In this document: piece after piece, positions 45,338 through 60,398 of the stretch | Layout: each line of letters begins with the position of its first letter | Numbering within the stretch: the first letter of the stretch is position 1 | NCBI RefSeq assembly: GCF_000006765.1 | Contig: NC_002516.2 | DNA: 64,000 nucleotides | Source: Pseudomonas aeruginosa PAO1 | Lineage (GTDB): Bacteria; Pseudomonadota; Gammaproteobacteria; Pseudomonadales; Pseudomonadaceae | Reading direction: 5' to 3' (one strand) | Notes under the pieces: generated by a model | Database searches by the model: none | What the model saw: the letters and a program-made list of their open reading frames with translations, nothing else | Told to the model about the DNA's origin: nothing | Position numbers and translations under genes: made by a program

Positions 45338-46672
45338 TCACGCAGCGTCTCCCAGCGTCGGCGAGCGCTCGCGACGCCGCGCACCGAGCAGCGGCAACAC
45401 GGCGGCCGCGACGACGAACACCGCCGCGAACGCCCCATAGAGGGACAGCGGCTGCCAGCCGTCGTCGAGCAGGAGCCCGGCCACCAGCGGCGAGAGGATC
45501 GCCCCGCCGCGACCGACGCCGATCCCCCAGCCGACCCCGGTGGCACGCACCGAAGCGTCGTAGAGGCTCGGCGCCAGGGCATACAGGCCGGCCACGCAGG
45601 CGTTGGCGCAAAGCCCGATCAGCAGTCCCAGCGGCAAGGCCGCGCCGGGCAGCCCGGCGCTCAGCGAGAACAGCGCGAGCAGAGCGGCGGTAAGCAGCAT
45701 GAACAGCGCCAGCACCCGTTCCAGGCGAAAGCGCGCGGCAAGCCCGCCGAGCAAGGCGGCACCGAAGATCCCGCCGATGCTCAGCAGGGTGCCGCCGGTG
45801 ATGCCCTGGGCGGTGGACAGGCCGGCGGCGACCAGCAGCTTCGGCGTCCAGCTCATGATGAAGTAGAAGCCGAACATCACCAGGAAAAACAGCGCCCAGA
45901 GCAGCAGCGTGGTACGTCGCTGGGCAACGCAAAGCAACCGGGCGAGGCGGCTACCGTGCTCCGCTCCGCCACCGGGCGGGCTCGGCAGTTCCGCGAGCGC
46001 CGCGCGGCCCAGGCGCCGGGCCAGCGCGTTGACCCGTTGCAACGCCCGCGGCGGCCGGCGCGCCAGGAGGAAGTCCAGCGACTCCGGCAGGCACAGGCAG
46101 ACCAGCGGGATCACCGCCAGGGTCAGGCCAGCGCCGAAGACGAACACCGAGCGCCAGCCCCAGGCGCCGATCAGCCATACCGCGAGCAGTCCGCCAAGGG
46201 TCGCGCCGAGCGCGTAGCCGGTGGACTGCAGGCTTACCGCCAGGCCGCGCCAGCGGCGCGAGGCGTACTCGCTGGCGATCACGTTGCTGCTGGCGAGGAT
46301 GCCGCCGATACCCAGTCCGGTCAGCCCGCGCAGCAACGCCAGTTGCCAGGCCGCCTGGCTCAGCGCCGAGGCGAGCATGCCCAGGCCCGACAGCGCCAGG
46401 CAGGCGAGGATCAGCGGGCGGCGCCCCCAGCGGTCGGCCCAGGGCGCGATGAACAGCGAGCCGGCGGCCATGCCAAAGAGGCCGGCGCTGAGCAGCAGGC
46501 CGATCTCGGCGCCGCCAAGGTTCCATTCGGCGGCCACCGAGGATGCGGTGAAGGCCATCACCAGCACGTCGAAGCCATCGATCAGGTTGAGCACGATACA
46601 CACAGCCACCGCCAGCCACTGGAACGGACGCATCGGTTCGTCGTCGAGAGCGCGGCGCAAGTCCCGGTTCAT
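45338..46672 (-). CDS. vanK: vanillate-type aromatic acid MFS transporter
   Basis: IDGFD and WADRWGRR motifs. GGGAGG RBS. Divergent from vanA. Confidence 0.85.
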   Translation of the reverse strand: MNRDLRRALDDEPMRPFQWLAVAVCIVLNLIDGFDVLVMAFTASSVAAEWNLGGAEIGLLLSAGLFGMAAGSLFIAPWADRWGRRPLILACLALSGLGMLASALSQAAWQLALLRGLTGLGIGGILASSNVIASEYASRRWRGLAVSLQSTGYALGATLGGLLAVWLIGAWGWRSVFVFGAGLTLAVIPLVCLCLPESLDFLLARRPPRALQRVNALARRLGRAALAELPSPPGGGAEHGSRLARLLCVAQRRTTLLLWALFFLVMFGFYFIMSWTPKLLVAAGLSTAQGITGGTLLSIGGIFGAALLGGLAARFRLERVLALFMLLTAALLALFSLSAGLPGAALPLGLLIGLCANACVAGLYALAPSLYDASVRATGVGWGIGVGRGGAILSPLVAGLLLDDGWQPLSLYGAFAAVFVVAAAVLPLLGARRRERSPTLGDAA

Positions 46673-46828
46673 GGGCGGCCCTCCCCGAGCGGACAGGAAA
46701 GAAGCGACGGCAGGCGGGAGCGAGGCGCGGGAATGCAGGAATCCATCATTGGGAAGACCCTTTTTCTTGTTGTTGTAGGCACGGCAAGCGCAGGCACCCT
46801 GGCACCGTTGCGTCGATGCCGCAATCCT

Positions 46829-47024
46829 ATTGGATCCATTTTGACGACAAGAAAACGGATGGCCAGTGGATATCCCACTGTCAGCGAAATCCGAGAAAGG
46901 CTCTGGAACGAGATAATTTGGCAATTTATTCCTGAAGTTTTTTATGTGCGACTATCGAACAGATTATTTTTTGTACAGAAGCGGTTGACTTGGAAAAGTT
47001 GCCTCGCGAATCATTGGATCCAAT
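46829..47024. promoter_or_regulatory. two VanR operators
   Basis: ATTGGATCCATT (46829-46840) and the perfect palindrome ATTGGATCCAAT (47013-47024), which is the VanR operator sequence described in Caulobacter. Confidence 0.85.
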
Positions 47025-47050
47025 TACAAAAACAACGAGAGGATCCGACG

Positions 47051-48106
47051 ATGTTTCCGAAGAACGCCTGGTACGTGGCCTGCACCCCCGACGAACTGGC
47101 CGGCAAGCCGCTCGGCCGACGCATCTGCGACGAGCCGATGGTTTTCTACCGAGGCGAGGACGGCCGCGTGGCGGCCCTCGAGGATTTCTGCCCGCACCGT
47201 GGCGCGCCGCTGTCGCTGGGCTTCGTCGAGGACGGCGTGCTGGTCTGCGGCTACCACGGCCTGGCAATGGGCGAGGACGGTCGCACCCGCGCGATGCCCG
47301 GCCAGCGGGTCCGCGGCTTCCCCTGCATCCGTCGCTTCCCGGTGCAGGAGCGGCACGGCTTCGTCTGGGTCTGGCCGGGCGCGGAAGAACAGGCCGACGA
47401 CGCGCTGATACCCCGCCTGGAATGGGCGGAAAGCCCCGATTGGGCCTATGGCGGCGGGCTGTACCACATCCACTGCGACTATCGCCTGATGATCGATAAC
47501 CTGATGGACCTGACCCACGAGACCTATGTCCATGCGTCCAGCATCGGCCAGAAGGAAATCGACGAGGCCGCGCCGACCACGCGGGTGGAAGGCGACGAGG
47601 TGATCACCAGCCGCCACATGCAGAATGTCATGGCCCCGCCGTTCTGGCGCATGGCTCTGCGCGGCAACGGCCTGGCCGACGACGTGGCGGTGGACCGCTG
47701 GCAGATCTGCCGCTTCACGCCGCCCAGCCACGTGCTGATCGAGGTCGGCGTGGCCCACGCCGGCCACGGCGGCTACCAGGCGCCGGCGGAGCGCAAGGCG
47801 GCGAGCATCGTGGTCGACTTCATCACCCCGGAGAGCGCCACTTCCATCTGGTACTTCTGGGGAATGGCGCGCAACTTCCAGGCCCACGACCAGGCGCTCA
47901 CCGAGAGCATTCGCGAAGGCCAGGGAAAGATCTTCGGCGAAGACCTGGAAATGCTCGAAAGCCAGCAGCGCAACCTGCTGCGCCATCCACGGCGCGACCT
48001 GCTGAAACTGAACATCGACGCCGGCGGCGTGCAGGCCCGACGCATCATCGAGCGCCTGCTGGCGGACGAGCGCCAGGCCGCCGCCCCCAACCGCGCCCAG
48101 GCCTGA
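47051..48106 (+). CDS. vanA: vanillate O-demethylase oxygenase subunit
   Basis: MFPKNAWYVAC start. Rieske CPHRG...CGYHG and NLMDLTHETYVH motifs. Confidence 0.97.
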   Translation: MFPKNAWYVACTPDELAGKPLGRRICDEPMVFYRGEDGRVAALEDFCPHRGAPLSLGFVEDGVLVCGYHGLAMGEDGRTRAMPGQRVRGFPCIRRFPVQERHGFVWVWPGAEEQADDALIPRLEWAESPDWAYGGGLYHIHCDYRLMIDNLMDLTHETYVHASSIGQKEIDEAAPTTRVEGDEVITSRHMQNVMAPPFWRMALRGNGLADDVAVDRWQICRFTPPSHVLIEVGVAHAGHGGYQAPAERKAASIVVDFITPESATSIWYFWGMARNFQAHDQALTESIREGQGKIFGEDLEMLESQQRNLLRHPRRDLLKLNIDAGGVQARRIIERLLADERQAAAPNRAQA

Positions 48107-48120
48107 CGGGAGCCTTCGCC

Positions 48121-49074
48121 ATGATCGAGGTCATCGTCGGCGCCATCCGCCTGGAGGCGCAGGATATCCACAGCTTCGAACTGTTCCGGGCCGACGGGGC
48201 GGCCCTGCCGTCCTTCGAGCCGGGCGCACACATCGACCTGCACCTGCCCAACGGCCTGGTCCGCCAGTACTCCCTCTGCGGCCCCGCCGAACGGCCGCGC
48301 CACTACCGTATCGCCGTACTCCGCTGCCGCGATTCGCGCGGCGGCTCGGCCACGCTGCACGCCGAACTGCGGGTCGGCCAGCGGCTGCACATCGGCGAGC
48401 CGCGCAATCTCTTCCCGCTGTCGCCGGAGCCCGGTCCGCACCTGCTGTTCGCCGGCGGCATCGGCATCACGCCGCTGCTGGCGATGGCCGAACGCCTGGC
48501 CCGCGATGGCGCCGACTTCCAGTTGCACTACTGCGCGCATTCCGGCGAGCGCGCGGCCTTCGTCGACTACCTTGGCCGGTGCGCCTTCGCCGACCGCGTG
48601 CACTGCCACTTCGACCACGGCGAAAGCAGCCGGCGCGCGGACCTTCGCGCCCTGCTGGCGACCAGTCCGCGCGACGCCCAGCTATACCTTTGCGGGCCGG
48701 CGGGCTTCATGCAGTGGATCGAAGAAAGCGCCCGCGAACTGGGCTGGGAAGCAAGCCGCTTGCATCGCGAGCACTTCGCCGCCGCGCCACGGGACGCCAG
48801 TGCGGACGGCACCTTCGAAGTGCAGTTGGCGAGCAACGGGGCGCTGATCCGGGTCGCCGCCGGGCAGACCGTGCTGGCGGCCCTGCGCGAAGCCGGGGTG
48901 GACCTGCCGGCCTCCTGCGAGCAGGGCATCTGCGGCACCTGCCTGACCCGCGTGCTGGACGGCGAGCCGGAGCATCGCGACCTCTACCTCAGCGAAGAGG
49001 AGCAGGCCGCCAACGATTGCTTCACGCCCTGCTGTTCGCGTTCGCGCAGCCCACGGCTGGTGCTGGATCTCTAG
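48121..49074 (+). CDS. vanB: vanillate O-demethylase reductase
   Basis: RQYSLC, AGGIGITP and CEQGICGTC motifs. Confidence 0.96.
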   Translation: MIEVIVGAIRLEAQDIHSFELFRADGAALPSFEPGAHIDLHLPNGLVRQYSLCGPAERPRHYRIAVLRCRDSRGGSATLHAELRVGQRLHIGEPRNLFPLSPEPGPHLLFAGGIGITPLLAMAERLARDGADFQLHYCAHSGERAAFVDYLGRCAFADRVHCHFDHGESSRRADLRALLATSPRDAQLYLCGPAGFMQWIEESARELGWEASRLHREHFAAAPRDASADGTFEVQLASNGALIRVAAGQTVLAALREAGVDLPASCEQGICGTCLTRVLDGEPEHRDLYLSEEEQAANDCFTPCCSRSRSPRLVLDL

Positions 49075-49784
49075 TCGGCGGCGACGTCGCCGTGAAGCAC
49101 GGTGACACCCTGCCGCGCCGGATCGAAGTAGTCGGCGTAGCGCAGGGTCGCGTTGGCGTGCTCGCGCATGATCGCCTCGGCGCGCGCCCCCTGGCCGTTG
49201 ACCAGCGCGTCGACCACCGCGTGGTGCTGCATGTGGGCGAAGTTGAAACGGCGGAATTCCTGCTCGAGATTGTCGCGATCCACCGCCAGGGCGCTCACCG
49301 AGGCGAACGGCAGGTGGTCGTTGCGCGCCAGCGCCACGGCGATCGCCGGGTTGCCGCTGGCCTCGATGATGGTGCGGTGGAAACGCATGTTCATGCGCTG
49401 GTAGCGCTCCAGCTCCTCCAGCAGGACCTGGCCGTTGGCGAACAATCGGTCGCCCTCGGCCAGGCATTCCTCCAGGGTCGCCCGTGCCTCGGCGGACAGC
49501 CCGCGCTCGGCCGCCTGGCGTGCCGCCAGGCCTTCCAGAACGCCGCGCACCTCGACCGCGCCGGCGATATCCTCGCGGGTCACCGCGCGCACCCTGTAGC
49601 CGCGCCCGGTCTTGCACAGCAGGCCTTCCTGCTCGAGGGTACGCAGGGCGATGCGCACCGGCATGCGCGAGACCTGCAGGCGTTCGGCGGTGGGAATCTC
49701 GACGATGCGCTCGCCGGCGGCGAGTTCGCCGGAAGCGATCAGCTTGCGCAGCTCGGCCAGCACGCGTTGGCCCGGTTTGCTCAT
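49071..49784 (-). CDS. vanR: GntR/FadR-family vanillate repressor
   Basis: AERLQVSRMPVRIAL HTH and an FCD domain. Convergent with vanB. Confidence 0.9.
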   Translation of the reverse strand: MSKPGQRVLAELRKLIASGELAAGERIVEIPTAERLQVSRMPVRIALRTLEQEGLLCKTGRGYRVRAVTREDIAGAVEVRGVLEGLAARQAAERGLSAEARATLEECLAEGDRLFANGQVLLEELERYQRMNMRFHRTIIEASGNPAIAVALARNDHLPFASVSALAVDRDNLEQEFRRFNFAHMQHHAVVDALVNGQGARAEAIMREHANATLRYADYFDPARQGVTVLHGDVAAD

Positions 49785-49847
49785 GGAATTCGCTTATTCG
49801 ATCGGGACGACCGGGGCATCATAGCGCGCCCCGGCCGCCTCCGCCGG

Positions 49848-51898
<2,051 letters not shown>

Positions 51899-51968
51899 AA
51901 GTCGAGTTTCCTCCGTGGCTCCAGGGCAGCGCCCGCCCCGGCGGCCAGGCAGCCGGGGCGGGGCGTGC

Positions 51969-52685
51969 TCAATGTCCGCCGAGATAGGCGTTGCGCACCT
52001 CCTGGTTGCCGAGCAGTTCTTCGCCGCTGCCGCTCATGCGGATTTCCCCGGTGACCATCACGTAGGCGCGGTCGGAGAGCTTCAGCGCATGGTTGGCGTT
52101 CTGCTCGACGAGGAAGATGGTCATGCCGCTCCTGGCCAGCTCGCGCAGGGTCTGGAAGATCTGCTTGACCACGATCGGCGCCAGGCCCAGGGAGGGCTCG
52201 TCGAGCAACAGCAACTTCGGCCGGCTCATCAGCGCGCGGGCGATGGCGAGCATCTGCTGCTCGCCGCCGGACATGGTCATGGCGCGCTGGTTGCGCCGCT
52301 CCTTCAGGCGCGGGAACAGCTCGAACATGCGCTGCATGTCCTCCTCGGCGTGGTCCATGCCGATGGGAATGGTACCCATCAGCAGGTTTTCCTCGACGCT
52401 CATGTCGGGGAACACACGGCGTCCTTCCGGCGACTGCGCGATGCCGTTGGACGCCACGTAGTGCGCCGACTTCTGGCGGATGTCCTGGCCGCGATAGAGG
52501 ATCTGCCCGGCCGCCGCACGCGGCTGGCCGAAGATCGACATTAACAGCGTCGACTTGCCCGCGCCGTTGGCGCCGATCAGGCTCACCGTCTCGCCCTCGT
52601 TGACCTGCAGCGAGACCTTCTTCAGCGCCTGGATCGGCCCGTAGAACACGTCCACCTCACGGAATTCCAGCAACGCCGCGCTCAT
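51969..52685 (-). CDS. branched-chain-type ABC ATPase (LivF-like)
   Basis: GANGAGKS, SPEGRRVF and MSGGEQQ motifs. Confidence 0.93.
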   Translation of the reverse strand: MSAALLEFREVDVFYGPIQALKKVSLQVNEGETVSLIGANGAGKSTLLMSIFGQPRAAAGQILYRGQDIRQKSAHYVASNGIAQSPEGRRVFPDMSVEENLLMGTIPIGMDHAEEDMQRMFELFPRLKERRNQRAMTMSGGEQQMLAIARALMSRPKLLLLDEPSLGLAPIVVKQIFQTLRELARSGMTIFLVEQNANHALKLSDRAYVMVTGEIRMSGSGEELLGNQEVRNAYLGGH

Positions 52686-53550
52686 GACAGCTCCTCTTCG
52701 TCGGCACCGAGATAGGCGGCGATCACCTTCTCGTCATGGCGGATCTGTTCGGGGTTGCCACGGGCGATCACGTCGCCGTGGTCGAGCACGATGATGTGGT
52801 CGGAGATGTTCATCACCATGCCCATGTCATGCTCGATCAGCAGTACGGTGATCCCGTGGTGGTCGCGCAGGTAGCGGACGATGTTGCTCAGGGCGTGGGT
52901 CTCGGCCGGGTTGAGGCCGGCGGCCGGTTCGTCCAGGCAGATGAGTTCCGGCCGCGTGCACATGGCCCGGGCGATCTCCAGGCGCCGCTGCTGGCCGTAG
53001 GACATCTCGCCGGCCAGGCGGTTGGCGCAGTCCACCAGGTCGACCACCTCCAGCCAGTAGAACGCGTGGTCCAGCGCCTCGCTCTCGGCGCGGCGATAGC
53101 CGGGAGTGTTGAGGATGCCGGCGAGCAGGTTGCGGTTGACGAACATGTGCTGCGCCACCAGCAGGTTCTCCACCACCGACATGTCCTTGAACAGGCGGAT
53201 GTTCTGGAACGTCCGCGCCAGCCCGGCGCGGTTCACCAGGTGGGTGCCGCCGAACATCTTGTAGTAGAGGCGACTGCCCAGTTGCGGCGGCTTGACGAAG
53301 TCGTCCAGCTGGAACGGCTCGCCGAGCACCTGGATGACGTCCGTGGTGCGCCCCTGGGTGTTGAGCAGGATGTTGCCGCCGGTGGCCTTGTAGAAGCCGG
53401 TGAGACAGTTGAACACGGTGGTCTTGCCGGCGCCGTTGGGGCCGATCAGCGCGGTGATCGAACCGCGCTCGACGTCGAGGTTGACGTCGTTGAGCGCCTT
53501 GATGCCGCCGAAGTGCATCATCAGGTGCTCGACGCTGAGGATCTTGTCGC

Positions 53551-53554
<4 letters not shown>
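52682..53554 (-). CDS. branched-chain-type ABC ATPase (LivG-like)
   Basis: GPNGAGKT, ARTFQNIRLF and SYGQQRRLE motifs. Confidence 0.93.
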
Positions 53555-54828
<1,274 letters not shown>

Positions 54829-54838
54829 CGTCGTCCCC

Positions 54839-55753
<915 letters not shown>

Positions 55754-55944
55754 TTTTCAGTCTCTTCAGGGCGAATCGCGACGGCCTTTGTAAGGCGCGC
55801 CGGCGCTCGCCGGTGAAAGCGGACGGGTGCTACTGAAACGGCCCCGGATCGCGGGACTCCAGACCGACCACACGCAGACGTCTTCGGTGAATCCGCACTA
55901 CGGCGGCAAGCACGGGCGAGCACTTCAGCAGCTCCCGGACTTAC

Positions 55945-55974
55945 CCATGCGCCGGGCCTGTGCCCGGCGCATGG
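55945..55974. terminator. 13-bp hairpin after the binding-protein gene (mRNA stabiliser/attenuator)
   Basis: CCATGCGCCGGGC-CTGT-GCCCGGCGCATGG. Confidence 0.55.
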
Positions 55975-55987
55975 CGGTCGAGCGCGA

Positions 55988-57112
55988 TCAGGGCAACTGG
56001 TGGTACTTGCCCTTGTCGTCCCACTCGTAGACCACGTAGTCGGAGACTTTCAGGTCGCCCTTCTTGTCCCATTCCTTCTTGCCCATCACGGTCTGCACCG
56101 GATGCGACTTCAGCCACTCGGCGGCCTTGGCCGGATCGTTGGCGCCGGCGCCGTTGAAGGCCGCCGCCAGGGACTGGATCGAGGCGTAGGAGTAGAGGGT
56201 GTAGCCTTCCGGCTCGAAACCGCCGGCACGGAACTTCTCCACCACCGCCTTGCCGTCGGGGATCAGCCGCGGGTCGGCGCCGAAGGTCATCAGCACGCCC
56301 TTGACGTACTGCGGACCGCCGGCGGTGGTCGCCAGTTCGTCGGTGACCACGCCGTCGTCGGACATGAACCTGGCGGTTAGTCCCTGTTCACGCATCTGCC
56401 GTACCAGCGGACCGGCTTCCGGATGCAGGCCGCCGAAGTAGACGACCTCGGCACCGGAGGCGCGGATCTTGGTGACCAGCGCGTTGAAGTCCTTCTCGCC
56501 GCGAGTCAGGCCCTCGTAGAGAACCTCTTTCACGCCGAGCTTGTTCAGTTGCGCCCTGGTGGCGTCCGCCAGGCCCTGGCCGTAGGTGTCCTTGTCATGG
56601 ATCACCGCGACCTTCTTGGCCTTGAGCACGTTGACGATATAGTCGCCGGCGACCACGCCCTGCTGGTCGTCGCGGCCGCACATGCGGAACATCCCGGAGA
56701 GTCCGCGCTCGGTGACCTGCGGGTTGGTGGAACCGGGGGTGATGGCGATGATCCCGGCCTCGTCGTAGACCTCGGATGCGGGGATGGTCGAAGAAGAGCA
56801 GAAATGGCCGACCACGGCGATGGCCTTGTCCTGGTCCACCAGGCGGTTGGCCACGGCCACGGCCTGCTTCGGTTCGCAGGCGTCGTCGGCCTTGACCAGC
56901 TTGATCTTCTCGCCGTTGATCCCACCCGCCGCGTTGATGTCTTCCGCCGCCTGGGACGCGCCGCGCCAGTATTGCTCGCCGAAGGAGGCGTTGGCGCCGG
57001 TATGCGGTCCGGCCACGCCGATCACGACGTCGGCCAGCGCATGCGTGGAAAGACCCATCACGGATGAAACCGCGAGAGCCAGGATGCCTTTTCTGAACAG
57101 CTTCTTGGACAT
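55988..57112 (-). CDS. branched-chain-type amino-acid binding protein (LivJ/K/BraC-like)
   Basis: Signal peptide. DDACEPKQAVAVAN, GHFCSS and FRMCGRDDQQG motifs. 374 aa. Confidence 0.93.
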   Translation of the reverse strand: MSKKLFRKGILALAVSSVMGLSTHALADVVIGVAGPHTGANASFGEQYWRGASQAAEDINAAGGINGEKIKLVKADDACEPKQAVAVANRLVDQDKAIAVVGHFCSSSTIPASEVYDEAGIIAITPGSTNPQVTERGLSGMFRMCGRDDQQGVVAGDYIVNVLKAKKVAVIHDKDTYGQGLADATRAQLNKLGVKEVLYEGLTRGEKDFNALVTKIRASGAEVVYFGGLHPEAGPLVRQMREQGLTARFMSDDGVVTDELATTAGGPQYVKGVLMTFGADPRLIPDGKAVVEKFRAGGFEPEGYTLYSYASIQSLAAAFNGAGANDPAKAAEWLKSHPVQTVMGKKEWDKKGDLKVSDYVVYEWDDKGKYHQLP

Positions 57113-57185
57113 GGGGTGTTGCTCCTGAGGATGATGTTGGCGCTCGTAACTACGATGTTGTTGTTGTGTTTCGCTCAACAGGCAG

Positions 57186-57201
57186 AGCAAGCGGCGTGCC
57201 A
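57186..57201 (-). promoter_or_regulatory. sigma54 promoter of the ABC operon
   Basis: The minus strand reads TGGCAC-GCCGC-TTGCT, a consensus match. Confidence 0.85.
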
Positions 57202-57272
57202 TTCGTTTTTTTCCTGAGTGGCCGGCCACAAGAACTTTAGCCCTCCTTTCCGTTTTTATCTTTGTTATTGGA

Positions 57273-57285
57273 AATCAGTCATTTA
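57273..57285. promoter_or_regulatory. IHF site
   Basis: AATCAG-TCAT-TTA (WATCAR-N4-TTR) with an adjacent AT tract, between the enhancer-like site and the sigma54 promoter. Confidence 0.6.
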
Positions 57286-57387
57286 GGCATTTCTCCGAAT
57301 CCCCTTCGGAGAGCTACAGCCCAGGCTTCACAAGGCCTGAACCGTTCCTAGGAATAACTCTACAACGATATTGAAGCGGTTAGAAAC

Positions 57388-57404
57388 TGCACGTCACTGG
57401 TGCG
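57388..57404. promoter_or_regulatory. NtrC-like enhancer site
   Basis: TGCACG-TCACT-GGTGCG, about 190 bp upstream of the sigma54 motif. Confidence 0.55.
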
Positions 57405-57731
57405 TTCCACGCACTAATTGAGGTCCTCTTTTTCAATGAAAGTGCAGGACAGAGCGGTTTTTAAAATTAATATGAACATGAACTTCCCGGAATTCGGTAC
57501 TTGGCGGAAAAAGTCGATTCGAATACGACATGAACATATCCGTTAGCGACGCCACGTTCGGCGCAAAACCCTGTGACGGATTCGTCATAAGCCAGCGAAT
57601 GCTCTATCGCGAGACTTGCCGGCAGTAATAAGCGTCGCCCGGCACTCCGGCAAGCGAGCTTTCCTCCCTACGTCATTCCGTTTATTCATATAACGCGTTC
57701 CGCCCGCTCCACCCGCGCCAGGAAACCCGCC

Positions 57732-58670
57732 ATGCTGAACAAACGCCGCCTGCCGTCGATGACCGCCCTGCAATGCTTCGAAGCGGTAGCCCGGCACCTG
57801 AGCTTCACCCGCGCCGCCGAAGAGTTGAGCCTGACCCAGAGCGCCATGAGCAAGCAGGTCGCGCAACTCGAGGAGCAACTGCAGCACGCCCTGTTCCGCC
57901 GGGTGCGCAAGCGCTTGCAACTGACCCCGGCCGGCGAGCTGTACCTGGCCGAGGTACGACGCATCCTGCAACAGGTAGAGCTGTCCACCCGCTTCCTGCT
58001 TTCCTACGGCGGCGAGACCGAAGTGCTGCGAGTGGCGACCCCGCCGACCTTCGGCGCGCGCTGGCTGATCCCGCAACTGAACGGCTGGCGCCACCGCCAC
58101 CCGAACATCCACCTCGACCTGCGCCAGGAACTGGAACCGGACGACCTGCGCCAGGGCCATTGCGACCTGGCGTTCTTCTTCGGCCCCGGCACCCTGCCGG
58201 GCGCCGAGTGCATACGCCTGTTCGGCGAACAACTGGTGGCGGTCTGCGCGCCATCCCTGCTGCCGGCCGGCGGACTGGACGAACCGACCCAACTGGCGGG
58301 GCTGGTGCTGCTGCAGAACGCCAGCCGCGCGGAGGCCTGGCACGACTGGTTCGCCAGCCTGGAGCGAAATTGCCAGGGTTGCTACCACGGTCCACGCTTC
58401 GACACCTTCTACATGTGCATCCGCGCCGCCCAGGCCGGTTGCGGGGTAGCCCTGCTACCGCGCTTCCTGGTCGAGGAGGAACTCGCCGAAGGCAAGCTGG
58501 CGATCGCCTGGCCGCACGCCCTGCCCAGCCAGGAGGCCTACTACCTGGCCTATCCCGAGCATGCCGCGGAAGTCCCCAAGGTGCGCCATTTCATCGAGTG
58601 GATGGTAGAGCGCCTGGAGCAGGAGCAACCCTCAGCGGGCCCCCGCCAGACGCGCCACGGCCCGGTTTGA
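57732..58670 (+). CDS. amaR: LysR-family regulator (GcvA/AmpR-type)
   Basis: [29 protein letters not shown]. The gene name is from recollection of PAO1 synteny and is less certain than the family call. Confidence 0.8.
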   Translation: MLNKRRLPSMTALQCFEAVARHLSFTRAAEELSLTQSAMSKQVAQLEEQLQHALFRRVRKRLQLTPAGELYLAEVRRILQQVELSTRFLLSYGGETEVLRVATPPTFGARWLIPQLNGWRHRHPNIHLDLRQELEPDDLRQGHCDLAFFFGPGTLPGAECIRLFGEQLVAVCAPSLLPAGGLDEPTQLAGLVLLQNASRAEAWHDWFASLERNCQGCYHGPRFDTFYMCIRAAQAGCGVALLPRFLVEEELAEGKLAIAWPHALPSQEAYYLAYPEHAAEVPKVRHFIEWMVERLEQEQPSAGPRQTRHGPV

Positions 58671-58726
58671 CGTTTCCGCTGCGCGGAACCATCTTTACTC
58701 TCACTCGGTTCACCTCGGAACGTCCC

Positions 58727-60352
58727 ATGCTCACTGGCGTCACGGTTCGAATCCGCCTGCTGGTCCTGGCGCTGCTACCGCTGACGATGCTCGTCACGGT
58801 CATCGCGATGGCGCTGGCCAACGCCAGTCGACTCGATGCCAGCTTCCAGGACCTTTTCAACAACCGGATGAAGCCCATCAGCCAGCTCAAGATCGTCGCC
58901 GACGCCGTTGCGGTCAGCGTGGTCGACGCCCTGCACAAGTACCGTGCGGGGGTCTTCGATGAAGAGCGCCTGCAGCAGGAGTTGAGTGGGGCGCTGTCGC
59001 GCATCGAGAAGTCGTGGGCCGACTATTCCGCAGACCACCGGACTGCCGCCGAGAAGGAAATCATCGAGTCGCTGGTCCCCACCCTGGAACGGGTCAAGCG
59101 GATGACCCTGGCATACGGCGAGCAGGCCAGGGCCGGAAGCCTGCGAAACGTCGAGGCCGGCACGTTCAATCGCGAGATGTATGGTGCGTTCGATCCGCTG
59201 GGAACCGCGCTGTCGACGCTGATCGACCTGCAGCTCAGTGAAGGCGCCAAGCTCAACGAGCAGATGGAGAAACGCTACGACTCCATGCGCACCACCTTCC
59301 TGCTCATCGGCGCCGCAGCCCTGGTCCTCATCGTCGCCGCGGCCTGGTTCATCAGCCTGTCGATCATGCGCCCGCTTTCCGATCTGCGCGGGGTGATCCG
59401 CCGCGTGCAGGACTCCTCGAATCTCACGCTCCGCGCCGATGCGCGCGGGCGCGACGAAGTGTCCGATACGGCGCGCGCCTTCAATATGATGCTGGAAAGC
59501 CAGCAGGCGCTGCTTCGGCATCTCGCCGAGACAGCCAGGAAGCTCACCATCACCTCGGACGAGATGAGTGCCATCAGCAACCAGGTCAGCCATGTCGCCA
59601 CGTCCCAGGGCGACCAGACCGACATGGTCGCCACGGCGGTACACCAGATGAGCATGGCGGTCCAGGACGTGGCGCGGAACGCCCAGGCCGCCGCGGCCAG
59701 CGCGGAATCGGCGAACAGCGAGGCGCACACCGGAACCGGCCTCGTGCATGCGAACCTCGACGCCATCCAGGGCCTGTCGGTCATGGTCGGAGAGGCGGGA
59801 GCCGTCATCGACACGCTACGCAACAAGACCGATGAAATCAGCACCGTCCTGGAAGTCATCCAGAACATCGCCCAGCAGACCAACCTGCTCGCCCTCAATG
59901 CCGCGATAGAAGCCGCACGGGCGGGCGAGGCCGGACGTGGGTTCGCGGTGGTCGCCGATGAAGTGCGCAGCCTGGCCACCAATACGCACAAGGCCACCGA
60001 AACCATCCGCGAGATGATCGAAGCCCTGCAGGCAGGCGCCAGCAGCGCGGTCAGCGTGATGCAGCAGTCACGCGAGCAGGCCCAGGTCAGCGTCCAGCGC
60101 GCCCACGAGGCGGGAAAGGCGCTCGGTCTCATCGCCCAGGCGGTCGAAGGTATCGCCCAGAGCAACGCGCAGATATCCACGGCGACGGAAGAACAGACCG
60201 CCACCGCGAGCGAGGTCAGCCAGAACATCGACTCGCTCAATGCCAGCATCGGTGAAGTCGCCGAGGGCGCGGTGAAGACCTCCACCTCCAGTGTCGAGCT
60301 GGCGAAGCTGGCAAACGGACTGGAGCAGCAGATCCAGCGCTTCACCGTCTAG
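58727..60352 (+). CDS. methyl-accepting chemotaxis protein (4-helix-bundle sensor, HAMP)
   Basis: Two TMs. [34 protein letters not shown] signalling hairpin. 541 aa. Confidence 0.95.
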   Translation: MLTGVTVRIRLLVLALLPLTMLVTVIAMALANASRLDASFQDLFNNRMKPISQLKIVADAVAVSVVDALHKYRAGVFDEERLQQELSGALSRIEKSWADYSADHRTAAEKEIIESLVPTLERVKRMTLAYGEQARAGSLRNVEAGTFNREMYGAFDPLGTALSTLIDLQLSEGAKLNEQMEKRYDSMRTTFLLIGAAALVLIVAAAWFISLSIMRPLSDLRGVIRRVQDSSNLTLRADARGRDEVSDTARAFNMMLESQQALLRHLAETARKLTITSDEMSAISNQVSHVATSQGDQTDMVATAVHQMSMAVQDVARNAQAAAASAESANSEAHTGTGLVHANLDAIQGLSVMVGEAGAVIDTLRNKTDEISTVLEVIQNIAQQTNLLALNAAIEAARAGEAGRGFAVVADEVRSLATNTHKATETIREMIEALQAGASSAVSVMQQSREQAQVSVQRAHEAGKALGLIAQAVEGIAQSNAQISTATEEQTATASEVSQNIDSLNASIGEVAEGAVKTSTSSVELAKLANGLEQQIQRFTV

Positions 60353-60398
60353 CAAGCGCGGCAGGGAGCGGCCTCACCGGCCCTGCCGCACCCGTTTG

